This document shows positions 9,233 through 18,363 of a DNA stretch of 64,000 bases, in pieces. The notes beneath the pieces are model-generated. The model did not search any database and was not told where the DNA came from. It saw only the letters and a program-made list of their open reading frames with translations. Origin of the DNA: an uncultured Enterobacteriaceae bacterium (GTDB taxonomy: Bacteria > Desulfobacterota > Binatia > Bin18); NCBI GenBank assembly GCA_964460065.1, contig CAYWPF010000120.1, forward strand, positions 151-64,150, given 5' to 3'. A program made the translations under genes and the position numbers. Positions within the stretch are counted from its first letter, which is position 1; every line of letters begins with the position of its first letter.

Positions 9233-9985
9233 TTAGCGGAATAAGTCAGCGTCTGCGGGCCGCTTAAGCGAATCACTGCCAATATCTGCTTTAGTAAATT
9301 GATACCCGCGTATCAAAATTGCCGGCATCGCAGCGCTTTTTTCCATTAGTAGCCCTGCCGCGGCGGCGAGTTCGTCTGCTACCGCTATTACTGTGTGATG
9401 AAGCTCGCGGCCTTGCAGGTCTTCCTCGCCTCGTTGATCGTCAAGCGGATCAAGTCCGGAGACTCCCAGCGCGAACTCGACAAGCCCGTCCCGCCAGGGG
9501 CGTCCGAAGGTATCCGTAATAATGACCCCTATAGAAATCTTTCTCGCTTGCTCAATGGCCAAGCGTATCTGACGAGCGGATCTATCGGGGTCCTCTGGTA
9601 GCAAAATGACGATGTCCTCGGCGATGGTGTTAGACGCATCAACTCCAGAATTTGCGCACACCCAACCATGCTTTGTCTCTGTTACCACTACTCCATTCTT
9701 CATCCTGACAATACTGTTACTCTCGGTTAATACCACTTCCACCATCCTAGGGTCTTTCTCCCACATCTCTGCAATTTGCACAGCAAATGGAGATGGAGTA
9801 ACGCTGTTCAGGTCCATTACGGCGCCTTCCGCCTTTGAAACAATCTTTTGACACATGACTAACACATCGCCATCTTTTATCCCTACTTTCGCTCGATCGA
9901 TCGCTCCGAGAAGCAACGCGGGTAGATCGTCGCCCGGTTTAATTTGCGGGACATCAGGAATAGGGATAATAGCTATGGTGTTCAT
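9233..9985 (-). CDS. cofE: coenzyme F420-0:L-glutamate ligase
   Basis: 250-aa single-domain CofE-like sequence (KIVSKAEG, GVDASN motifs); 4-nt overlap with cofD. Confidence 0.75.
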   Translation of the reverse strand: MNTIAIIPIPDVPQIKPGDDLPALLLGAIDRAKVGIKDGDVLVMCQKIVSKAEGAVMDLNSVTPSPFAVQIAEMWEKDPRMVEVVLTESNSIVRMKNGVVVTETKHGWVCANSGVDASNTIAEDIVILLPEDPDRSARQIRLAIEQARKISIGVIITDTFGRPWRDGLVEFALGVSGLDPLDDQRGEEDLQGRELHHTVIAVADELAAAAGLLMEKSAAMPAILIRGYQFTKADIGSDSLKRPADADLFR

Positions 9986-10974
9986 ATTCTTTCCTCGCTG
10001 CTCGGTTTCTCGCCCTTTTCGTGGCGAAAATCGATGATCTGTCTTGCCAGCGCTACGGATTTGCTCATGTTCGTCATGATTGTATCGGTGACGATGGTAT
10101 CCATATGCATTTGTTTTATCCGGTGACGCGTTGCGGCGTCCTTTTTTAAATCCTCTTGATCCAAAACGAAGGTATTCACAAAGTCTCTATACAAGTGTGC
10201 AACCCCAACGGACGACGCCTCAAATCCCAGTCCAGACAGCATGCGATCGGCAGGTCCTTTTATTGGTTTTCCAGCGACCAGCGGACTGACCGCTACAACC
10301 GGGGCCTTCGTGACTCGTAGTGCGTCGCGTACGCCGTTTAGTTTCAATATGGGGCCTATGCTGACGATCGGGTTGCTGGGCGGGAGCAGGATGAGATCCG
10401 CGTTGAGAATAGCATCGAGTACGCCGGGTCCAGGTTTTGCCTCATCGACACCTTGGATTTTTATGTCTAGCACTGTGCCTTCGCCTCGCATCTTCACGAA
10501 ATATTCCTGAAATGTCCAGGTTCCTGTATCTGTACTGACCACTGTCCGTACTGGGTCGTTTGTCATGGGAAGAACGGTTGCATGTACGTTCCAACGCGCA
10601 GCTAGGACTGCTGTGATTTGACTCAGAGTTTTGCCCTTGCGAAGTTGTTGACTGCGGTACAAGTGCGTTGCTAAATCGGTATCGCCCAATGCAAACCAAG
10701 TGTCAGAATAGTAGCGGCCGAGGCCTTCCAGGCAGCGATATGTTTCATCGGGGAGTCCCCAACCTTTGGTCGGGTCAACCGCGTCAGCGAGCGTGTAACT
10801 TATCGTATCAAGGTCTGGTGATACGGAGAGACCGAAAAACTCATCATCATCACCTGTGTTTACGATGGCGGTGAGGTTTTCGCTCGGTAGAACCCGTACG
10901 ACACCCCGCAATAGCTTGGCTGCGCCTACGCCTCCAGCTAAAGCTGTTATGCGTAAATTGGAACGGTTAGACAC
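9982..10974 (-). CDS. cofD: 2-phospho-L-lactate transferase (LPPG:FO transferase)
   Basis: ALAGGVGAAKLLRG...VNTGDD CofD/UPF0052 signature. Confidence 0.8.
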   Translation of the reverse strand: MSNRSNLRITALAGGVGAAKLLRGVVRVLPSENLTAIVNTGDDDEFFGLSVSPDLDTISYTLADAVDPTKGWGLPDETYRCLEGLGRYYSDTWFALGDTDLATHLYRSQQLRKGKTLSQITAVLAARWNVHATVLPMTNDPVRTVVSTDTGTWTFQEYFVKMRGEGTVLDIKIQGVDEAKPGPGVLDAILNADLILLPPSNPIVSIGPILKLNGVRDALRVTKAPVVAVSPLVAGKPIKGPADRMLSGLGFEASSVGVAHLYRDFVNTFVLDQEDLKKDAATRHRIKQMHMDTIVTDTIMTNMSKSVALARQIIDFRHEKGEKPSSEERI

Positions 10975-11010
10975 GGTTGCGCACGCATAGAAATTGGAAC
11001 TAGATTCGGG

Positions 11011-12297
11011 CTAATGGACTGAGTCACTCTTCTCGCGTTCGAAGGGGTGCACGTATCGGAATTGCTCTGAGGCCGCCAATTTCTTGTAGGAGCCGAATTG
11101 TTTGTCTGGATCTTCTATAAGATCAAGCGGGCTCATTTCATCATCGGCATGATCAAAAATTTTCCGCAATTTATAAGTTGTGGACCGTTCGGCCGGTGTT
11201 CTGTTTATGTCTCGGATGATCCGACGCAATTCCTTCGGCGGTACCAGTTGGCCGTATTGAGCCCCTGCGGAGGTCGAAATGCTCTCATTTATCAGTGTTC
11301 CTCCGAGGTCATTAGCCCCCACCGTGAGCAAGTGTTGGGACATTTTCAGGCCTTCTTTAACCCAGGAAGCCTGAATGTTTCGGAAGGTTGGACCGAGCAT
11401 GAGCCGGGCTATCGCGTGTACACGGATGACTTCCGCACCCGTCGCTCCCTCACGTACGCCTTTCACAAGTTTCCGCTGGTACATTGGGGCTTCTTGGTGA
11501 ATCAATGATAGGGGCACAAATTCGGTGAAACCGTTGGTCTCTTTCTGAATATCCCGAAGCAGGTTCATGTGCTTTACCCAGTGCTCGGGAGTTTCGATAT
11601 GGCCGTACATGATAGTGGATGTGGTAGGTATGCCGAGGCTGTGTGCCGAGGTGATAACTTCTATCCATTGCTTCGTCGTAATGCGTCCCGGGGCTATGAT
11701 GTCCCGTATCTTTTGATCCAGGATTTCTGCGGAAGTGCCTGGCAGAGTGTCCAACCCAGCATCCTTGAGGCCACGGAGGTACTCTAGGATTGGAATGCCC
11801 GACCGAACGGAGCCGTATAAAACTTCCTCAGGGGAGAATGCGTGAACGTGGAGGTCGGGGAACGCGTTTTTGACTGCGCGAGTTAAGTCGATGTATAAAC
11901 TACCCTTCATCTTCGGGGGCAAACCAGCTTGCAGGCAAACTTCGGTAGCACCCATTTCGATCGCTTCCTGAGCTCGGCGAATTATTTCTCCCTCGGGCAA
12001 AAAGTAGCCTTCTTCCTCCCGAAATTCTCTGCTGAAGGCGCAAAAAGTACAGTGCTTGATGCAGACGTTAGTGAAATTGATATTTCGATTAACCACATAC
12101 GTAGCGACGTCGCCGACCTGTCTTCGGCGCATTTCGTCCGCAACCAGACCTATTGCGTGCAGGTCGAGGCCGGACGCTGTACACAAGCGCAGCGCGTCTT
12201 TCCAAGAGACTTCCTTCTCCTCCATTGCCTGGTGGAGAATAGAGCTGACGTCGTGACTAATGCTGTCAAGTATGCCGTCTAGTGTTTTGGCTGTCAC
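11011..12297 (-). CDS. cofH: FO synthase subunit 2 (radical SAM)
   Basis: NINFTNVCIKHCTFCAF radical-SAM CxxxCxxC cluster in the CofH-type context. Confidence 0.8.
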   Translation of the reverse strand: MTAKTLDGILDSISHDVSSILHQAMEEKEVSWKDALRLCTASGLDLHAIGLVADEMRRRQVGDVATYVVNRNINFTNVCIKHCTFCAFSREFREEEGYFLPEGEIIRRAQEAIEMGATEVCLQAGLPPKMKGSLYIDLTRAVKNAFPDLHVHAFSPEEVLYGSVRSGIPILEYLRGLKDAGLDTLPGTSAEILDQKIRDIIAPGRITTKQWIEVITSAHSLGIPTTSTIMYGHIETPEHWVKHMNLLRDIQKETNGFTEFVPLSLIHQEAPMYQRKLVKGVREGATGAEVIRVHAIARLMLGPTFRNIQASWVKEGLKMSQHLLTVGANDLGGTLINESISTSAGAQYGQLVPPKELRRIIRDINRTPAERSTTYKLRKIFDHADDEMSPLDLIEDPDKQFGSYKKLAASEQFRYVHPFEREKSDSVH

Positions 12298-12358
12298 TGT
12301 ATGATCTCCTTAAATTCGGTCGGATATTGCTTTCTGCCGCGCGCCGAATTTGTTATTG

Positions 12359-13582
12359 CTACGCCGTAACTTCTACGTGAAGTTCTCGAGTGCGCGGCTG
12401 CAAGGCAGGTAGGAGGAACCCTGGTCTTTCAATATATTCCTCGTAAATTGCAAGTCTTTCGCGCAGAGAAAATCCTTCTTGATTGCAGGTTTTTTCCAGA
12501 ATTTCCAGATGAGGCCAAGCGGCCTCGGGATTCACATAATCTTTTGAAACGGGAGAAATTCCTCCCCAGTCATTTATTCCGGATCTGAGGATGAGTTTAT
12601 GATCGTCTGGGCTAAGGTTAGGCGGGGCCTGTAGGTTCATTTGCCCGCCGAGAAGGAGTCGGGCCACCGCTATTGTCCGTGCCAGTTCGAGGTTTTCCGG
12701 CTCCGGTGCATCAGCCATTCTTGTATTGGGCTTCGCTCGAAAATTCTGAACGATAACTTCTTGAATATGGCCGTACTTCTGGTGTAATTTGCGGATTGCC
12801 AGGAGGCTATCCACTACCTCCATTCGGGTCTCGCCAATGCCGATCAAAATTCCGGTTGTAAAGGGAATTTCAAGCTCACCGGCTTCACGAATCATCTTTA
12901 CCCGTACTTCGGGACGCTTGTCTGGAGCGGAAAAGTGCGCCATTCCCCGCTCGCATAGTCTAGGGCTTATGTTTTCCAGCATCAGCCCTAGACTGACGTT
13001 CACGTCCTTCAGTTTCTTCATTTCGGCTAACGACATGACCCCAGCATTTGTATGTGGAAGAATGCCATACTCGAGGGCGATTTCGCAGGCGCGATAAACG
13101 AATTCCGTTGTAGTTTTGTGTCCTAGCTTCGCTAATGCCGCGCGGTAGCTACTAAAAGCGTACTCAGGCTTATCGCCTAAACACATCAGGGCCTCTTTGC
13201 ACCCTTGCTCCTTGGCACGATCCAGCCACTCGCGGAGATCTCCATGGCTCATAGTCCAGGCGTCTGTGTCACGAGGATCTTTTCGGAAAGTGCAATATGA
13301 ACACCGGTCCCGGCAGAGGTTCGTGACAGGCAAAAAAACTTTTCGTGAGTAGGTAACGGTTTTGCCTTTATCGCGATCGCGAAGTAGGGCCGCAGCCTCC
13401 AGCAGTGCCGGTAGTTCCTCGTTAGGGAAATCTAATAGGGTATAGCCTTCCTCGGCGGTTACCGGCTCGTTGTTTAGGGCCTTCTCGAGGATCACTTGTT
13501 TGTGAGCTTTCACACATACCCCCATGCGGAACGGCACTGCCAGACTAGTAGGGCAGATCCAAATTGTCAACGGTTCTTCCAA
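12359..13582 (-). CDS. cofG: FO synthase subunit 1 (7,8-didemethyl-8-hydroxy-5-deazariboflavin synthase, radical SAM)
   Basis: VTYSRKVFLPVTNLCRDRCSYCTF CofG-type motif; start TTG 13582 or ATG 13525 uncertain. Confidence 0.8.
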   Translation of the reverse strand: MEEPLTIWICPTSLAVPFRMGVCVKAHKQVILEKALNNEPVTAEEGYTLLDFPNEELPALLEAAALLRDRDKGKTVTYSRKVFLPVTNLCRDRCSYCTFRKDPRDTDAWTMSHGDLREWLDRAKEQGCKEALMCLGDKPEYAFSSYRAALAKLGHKTTTEFVYRACEIALEYGILPHTNAGVMSLAEMKKLKDVNVSLGLMLENISPRLCERGMAHFSAPDKRPEVRVKMIREAGELEIPFTTGILIGIGETRMEVVDSLLAIRKLHQKYGHIQEVIVQNFRAKPNTRMADAPEPENLELARTIAVARLLLGGQMNLQAPPNLSPDDHKLILRSGINDWGGISPVSKDYVNPEAAWPHLEILEKTCNQEGFSLRERLAIYEEYIERPGFLLPALQPRTRELHVEVTA

Positions 13583-13585
13583 GAA

Positions 13586-13605
13586 ATATCACTTTTCCGT
13601 GATAT
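13586..13605. promoter_or_regulatory. operator-like inverted repeat ATATCAC-N6-GTGATAT immediately upstream of cofG start
   Basis: perfect 7-bp arms with 6-bp spacer, 4 nt upstream of the cofG ORF start. Confidence 0.3.
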
Positions 13606-13693
13606 TGTAAAACTGTTACCTATTGGATTGCGTTTCCGGCGGCTGCCCCTTATAGCAATAGCGCTAGAACCGGGGGAAGAAATGAGCGTCTTC

Positions 13694-14035
13694 TTACGAT
13701 GGCAACCATGGCGATTGGTAATGTTTTTGCCGTCGTATGGCGATCAGGGAAAACAGGAAACCCGTGCCGAGCATCAGCCAGCCTGTTTTACGGAGTACGT
13801 GGTAAAAGTCGAGTTTAGCTTGTGTGAATGCGAGTCGGCTCAATGCGTTGCCGGAGAAGTGGTGAAGTTTGGCCGTCTCTCCAAAAATCAGCACTTTTCC
13901 ATCCAAAGGCTCCAAGGAAGCAAGGTTTGTTTCATATTCTGCTACCTTGAACTGTGCTACCAGAGTGTTTCCGGCACCGAGGCCGAGCAGGGCGACGCCT
14001 ATAAGGAAAATACTACTTCGCCACAGTGATGACAT
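13694..14035 (-). CDS. small membrane protein (2 TM), hypothetical
   Basis: N-terminal hydrophobic helix and C-terminal TM; same strand and 112 nt upstream of cofG. Confidence 0.45.
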   Translation of the reverse strand: MSSLWRSSIFLIGVALLGLGAGNTLVAQFKVAEYETNLASLEPLDGKVLIFGETAKLHHFSGNALSRLAFTQAKLDFYHVLRKTGWLMLGTGFLFSLIAIRRQKHYQSPWLPS

Positions 14036-14282
14036 GCAGACCTCGCGGGGGGAAACACAGCACGGCTAGCACCTTACGAGGCCGTGGTCAACGCGCCTTC
14101 AGGACTGGGAATGCCTTACGTCACAATGGGAGGGGGTTACGGTCACGCCCGTTGGGCGTGTGGTTTAACAAGCGGGCGGTTGATAAAGGAAATTCGAGAG
14201 GTAGAGTGAAGAGAGAGAATAGTGATCGCACGGCAAATTTATGAGAGGCTAATCTTAGGCGAGGCTATAACGAGGAGGCAGG

Positions 14283-15056
14283 ATGGGGGTAGTGCTTGAT
14301 GAAAAACAGGGGTCAGTGCGCTGGTTAACGCTTAATAGGTCCGAGAGAAGGAACGCGTTGGATAGAGAAACGATTTATTCGTTGAAGCAGGCGTTGACCG
14401 CTTGCGGGAGTGACGGCGAGACGCGGGTTGTTGTTCTAACCGGTGTAGGATCCGCTTTTTGTTCCGGGGCTGATCTACGGGCTGGACCAACAGAACCAAT
14501 GGTGCCCGGTGAGGAGCTGACGGAAGACGGCTTTAACGCTGTAATACGAATTATTTGGAATATGAAGAAACCTGTGATTGCCGCCGTGAACGGTTCTGCG
14601 GTCGGTTACGGGTGCTCACTTGCGCTAGCTTCCGACATACGGTTGTTATCTTCGGCAGCGAAATTCTCTTTGGTCTTCGTCAAAAGGGGACTCACTATTG
14701 ATGGCGGTGCCAGTTATTTTTTACCTAGGTTAACGGGCATGCGAGGCATGGCGATGGCAATGACTGGTGATACGATAGACGCTGATGAAGCGGAGAAAAT
14801 GGGCATCGCTGACAAGATTTTTCCGGAGTGTAGTTTCGTGGAACAAACGTCGGAGTACGCACGAAAGCTCTCTCTCAATGCTCCTCTCGCGTTGGGGTTA
14901 ATTAAGTCTTCGATGCATGCTGGCCTCGGTGCGGGTCTCGGTGATGTTTTGACCGACGAAATGGCAGCACAGAGGGGGCTATTGAAGACGGAGGATGTTC
15001 GAGAGGGCATCAAAGCTTTCAGGGAGAAGCGGGAGCCGAAGTATCGCGGCAAATGA
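14283..15056 (+). CDS. enoyl-CoA hydratase/isomerase (crotonase) family protein
   Basis: VVLTGVGSAFCSGADL and AAVNGSAVGYGCSLALASDIR crotonase oxyanion-hole motifs. Confidence 0.8.
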   Translation: MGVVLDEKQGSVRWLTLNRSERRNALDRETIYSLKQALTACGSDGETRVVVLTGVGSAFCSGADLRAGPTEPMVPGEELTEDGFNAVIRIIWNMKKPVIAAVNGSAVGYGCSLALASDIRLLSSAAKFSLVFVKRGLTIDGGASYFLPRLTGMRGMAMAMTGDTIDADEAEKMGIADKIFPECSFVEQTSEYARKLSLNAPLALGLIKSSMHAGLGAGLGDVLTDEMAAQRGLLKTEDVREGIKAFREKREPKYRGK

Positions 15057-15094
15057 TTGCCGCCTCATTTTGTAGGCAGATCTGAGGCATTCAC

Positions 15095-15832
15095 GTGAAG
15101 CAAAATACCGGAAGAACGTTCGTAGTAGGAGACATCCACGGTTGCGCGACAGAGCTTGAACGACTCCTGAGGCGACTGGAGTTGGGACCAAGTGACAGAA
15201 TTGTATTCTTGGGGGACTATATAGATCGTGGTTCTGACACCAGAAGTGTGGTGGACTTGTTGCTCGAGCTAAAGACGAATCGTCGATGCCAGAGCACATT
15301 TTTGAAGGGAAATCACGAGGATATGTTCCTGGATTTTTTGGGGTATGGGGGTTGCCATGGGGATGCATTCCTCTTGAACGGAGGGATCGAAACCCTAAGG
15401 AGTTATGGATTTGAGGATCCTGGGAGTCTTTCCGGAGAGGACGAAATTCTACCCGAAACCCATAGAGAATTTTTCCTGGAATTGGGGTTGACGTGTGAGA
15501 TTGACAGCGTTTTGTGCGTCCATGCCGGAATTAACCCGACACGAGGTTTAAGTTCTCAACTCACCGAGGATCTCCTCTGGATACGAGAGGCCTTTTACAT
15601 GTCGCCTCACGTTCTGGAACGCACCGTAATATTTGGTCATACTCCGCAGCGAGAGGTCTATTTTGATTTACCCTATAAAATAGGCATCGATACTGGTTTG
15701 GTCTACGGTGGAAAGCTCTCCTGTTTGGAAATTACGGAACGAAAACTGTTTCAAATTGGGCTCGGTGCCGAGACCGTCAGTGTTTCTGGGGTAAGTTCAT
15801 TGTGGCGTCCAGATTCCCACACGCTTAAGTAA
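15095..15832 (+). CDS. PPP-family serine/threonine protein phosphatase / metallophosphoesterase
   Basis: GDIHG, GDYIDRG, GNHE metallophosphatase motifs; GTG start. Confidence 0.8.
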   Translation: MKQNTGRTFVVGDIHGCATELERLLRRLELGPSDRIVFLGDYIDRGSDTRSVVDLLLELKTNRRCQSTFLKGNHEDMFLDFLGYGGCHGDAFLLNGGIETLRSYGFEDPGSLSGEDEILPETHREFFLELGLTCEIDSVLCVHAGINPTRGLSSQLTEDLLWIREAFYMSPHVLERTVIFGHTPQREVYFDLPYKIGIDTGLVYGGKLSCLEITERKLFQIGLGAETVSVSGVSSLWRPDSHTLK

Positions 15833-15938
15833 GTTAGGATGTAGCCGTCCGTGCTGACGTTCTGCCTTATAGGGGAGGCGACGGAGACTAAGGCGAACAA
15901 GGAACATAAACATAGTAATACAGCGAAATTTTGAAAGT

Positions 15939-16415
15939 ATGGCGAAACCTACGAAGATGTTAGTTCGAGCCCTCCGCAAAACCGCGCTTCGGTTGAGTAC
16001 CGGCGCACGTTACGAATGGGGTCACCTTGGCTCTTGTAACTGTGGGCATCTAGCGCAAACCGTGACCGACTTCTGTAGAGGTGAAATACATGAGGCGGCT
16101 ATTAGGCGGATAGGAGATTGGTCCTCCATAAGCCGCGAATACTGCGGAACGAGTGGGGAGCGGATAGACGCAATAATTGGGCGTATGTTGGAAATCGGGC
16201 TATCTCTAGAAGATATAGAGTTCCTCGAAAAATTGAGTAGCCCTGCAGTATTGGGCGCTTTACCGTCCTCGGGGCGGAACTTACGATATAATGTCCGTGA
16301 GGACGTTATGGTGTATATGAGGGCGTGGGCAGATGTCCTAGAAAGAGAACTGTCTGCCGTCCGTGAAACTGGTTCAGGAGGGGCAAGCGCGGAGAGACCG
16401 ACGGAGGCCGCGTGA
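15939..16415 (+). CDS. hypothetical protein with HLGSCNCGHL Cys/His cluster
   Basis: 158-aa ORF; no family recognised. Confidence 0.45.
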   Translation: MAKPTKMLVRALRKTALRLSTGARYEWGHLGSCNCGHLAQTVTDFCRGEIHEAAIRRIGDWSSISREYCGTSGERIDAIIGRMLEIGLSLEDIEFLEKLSSPAVLGALPSSGRNLRYNVREDVMVYMRAWADVLERELSAVRETGSGGASAERPTEAA

Positions 16416-16489
16416 AGCTGTTTCATAGAGCCCTAAAACCGTAGATGGACGACTGGGCGATGGCGTTGCCCGGGCAAGTCAGGCCGCTC

Positions 16490-16519
16490 TTGACAATTGA
16501 AGCACCTCCCGGTTTAACA
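16490..16519 (+). promoter_or_regulatory. sigma70-like promoter for tRNA(CAT): TTGACA-17 nt-TTTAAC
   Basis: consensus -35, 17-nt spacer, A/T-rich -10, about 7 nt before tRNA 5' end. Confidence 0.4.
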
Positions 16520-16525
16520 CTTCGT

Positions 16526-16599
16526 GGCGGCGTAGCTCAGGAGGCTAGAGCGAGGGACTCATAAACCCTAGGTCGGCGGTTCAAGTCCGCCCGCCGCTA
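16526..16599 (+). tRNA. tRNA with CAT anticodon (elongator Met or Ile2/lysidine type; not initiator-like)
   Basis: Hand fold: acceptor GGCGGCG/CGCCGCT (G1-U72 wobble), D-arm GCTC/GAGC, anticodon loop CTCATAA, T-arm GGCGG-TTCAAGT-CCGCC. Confidence 0.8.
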
Positions 16600-16754
16600 C
16601 GTGGGGGCCGGTAGGCCCGCGAGAAGCCTAGGAAAAGGGATGGCTCAGTGGATCGGAACGTTGTCCGCGGGCGGCAATTGGGGAGTGGTAGCAAAAGAAA
16701 AAAGGCCGTTATAGTGATGCAACGGGGGAAACAGTGTCCAAAGGAGAGTGACGT

Positions 16755-16859
16755 ATGGATCCATTAGAGATTTTTATGAAAGTAGTAGCTGGAATTGGGG
16801 TGGTTTTTGCTATTGTTGCGACCGTCGCGGTAGTGGTTGCGAACGCAAAAGGAGGTTGA
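16755..16859 (+). CDS. small hydrophobic peptide (34 aa; MDPLEIFMKVVAGIGVVFAIVATVAVVVANAKGG)
   Basis: AAGGAG ribosome-binding site 8 nt upstream of ATG; single predicted TM helix; below ORF-track length cutoff. Confidence 0.35.
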   Translation: MDPLEIFMKVVAGIGVVFAIVATVAVVVANAKGG

Positions 16860-16939
16860 TGACGTTCTAGGGCACCTTCGTTTCTCTAGTGTTAGTGTGG
16901 CAGGGTGTTCAATCTGAAGTCCTTTGTGGCTGAAGTACT

Positions 16940-18322
16940 ATGCGGCACTTAGAACACAAAGTCTTGGAATCGCTGCGATCATTACCTTTCCGCGAAAGAA
17001 GCGGGTACGTAGGGGTTGCTTGCTCTGGGGGGCCGGATTCCATGGCGTTGTTAGCGGCCGTTAGGACTCTGGCACCGTCGTTGCGTCTACGAGTCCACGT
17101 GTTGCATGTGAATCACGGGTTAAGAGCTGAGTCCTTAGACGAAGAGAACCTGGTAAGGTCGGTTTGTTTGGAGTGGAATGTTCCCATTTTCGTAGAACGA
17201 CTCACCCCTCCAGCGGTCAGGATTGGGATCGAGGCGTGGGCTAGGGAGGCCCGCTACAAATATTTTCTGAGAGTGAAGCGCCAAGTCCCGCTTTCTTTTG
17301 TATTTACTGGTCATAACGAAGATGATCAGGCTGAGACGGTGCTATTACACTTGATGCGAGGGGCCGCCCGTCGGGGCTTGGCTGGTATTGCCCCGCTCAG
17401 GAACGGGTGGCTGGCACGTCCATTGCTCCGTTGTTCAAGAGTTCATATCGAAAAATACAACGTAGAAAGACGGATTCCATCGGTGGGAGATCCGAGCAAC
17501 GAAGACACTACCTTCACTAGAAACAGAGTACGTCGTTACTTAATACCAATACTCCGAAAAGAATTCTCACCTCAAATTGCAAAAAGGCTCGCGTCACTGG
17601 CTACAGTCACGAGGGAGGAAGAAGAGCTGTTGGAGGACATGGCGCGCCAATCGGGCCACGATGTAATAACGGATGAAGGGTTCCTTTCCATCCCTAAATT
17701 CCTTTCGCAGCCCGCGGGACTTCAAACGCGAATCTTGCGTTTGTGGGCGGAGGCACGGGCAAAAAATTTACAGAGCGCGCACCTCTTAGCCCTGCGGGAT
17801 TTGACGTTGAGACGTACATCGGGTTCTATACAACTCCCTGGCAAGATGAGGGCCGCACGGGTCGGAGATGCGGTCGTGATCGAATCGGATGAGGATCCTG
17901 TCGCGGTGGAGCCGTACGAGCATAAGTTTGCCGGGAGAAAGAACCTCGAACTCCATTCGAGATGGACTGTCAGTGTGTCGGAACCCGTGAGGTGGAACGG
18001 TGGGCCAGCGGCGGCTCGATCTGGGGACCTGTGGCGTACGTTCTTTGATTACGCAGTGGTTTCTCCCGATCGAGGGTTATCTATAAGAAATCATCGACGT
18101 CAAGATCGGATACGGCCCATGGGAATGGAAGGCCACAAGATGGTAAAGGACGTCCTCGCCCAAAATCGAATACGACCCTCACTGCGAAACGGATTTCCAG
18201 TGGTGCAGGTATACGGTGAAATAGTATGGGTGCCCGGGTGCGCGCGGGCTGCGTTGGCTACCGTAACCGCGGAGTCCGAGTATGTGTACGAAATGCGGGT
18301 AGCCCCGTTGGCGGCCCAGTAA
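16940..18322 (+). CDS. tilS: tRNA(Ile)-lysidine synthetase
   Basis: PP-loop SGGPDS motif and long C-terminal domain, 460 aa. Confidence 0.85.
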   Translation: MRHLEHKVLESLRSLPFRERSGYVGVACSGGPDSMALLAAVRTLAPSLRLRVHVLHVNHGLRAESLDEENLVRSVCLEWNVPIFVERLTPPAVRIGIEAWAREARYKYFLRVKRQVPLSFVFTGHNEDDQAETVLLHLMRGAARRGLAGIAPLRNGWLARPLLRCSRVHIEKYNVERRIPSVGDPSNEDTTFTRNRVRRYLIPILRKEFSPQIAKRLASLATVTREEEELLEDMARQSGHDVITDEGFLSIPKFLSQPAGLQTRILRLWAEARAKNLQSAHLLALRDLTLRRTSGSIQLPGKMRAARVGDAVVIESDEDPVAVEPYEHKFAGRKNLELHSRWTVSVSEPVRWNGGPAAARSGDLWRTFFDYAVVSPDRGLSIRNHRRQDRIRPMGMEGHKMVKDVLAQNRIRPSLRNGFPVVQVYGEIVWVPGCARAALATVTAESEYVYEMRVAPLAAQ

Positions 18323-18363
18323 AAACTGTGATATTTTAACCTGGTAACGTGAAAGGTGATCCA

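Noticed and set aside
16526-16599. Initiator tRNA-fMet identity for the CAT tRNA
   Set aside because: G1-U72 can pair, with no C1xA72-type mismatch, and the three consecutive G-C pairs are at 28-30/40-42 rather than 29-31/39-41.
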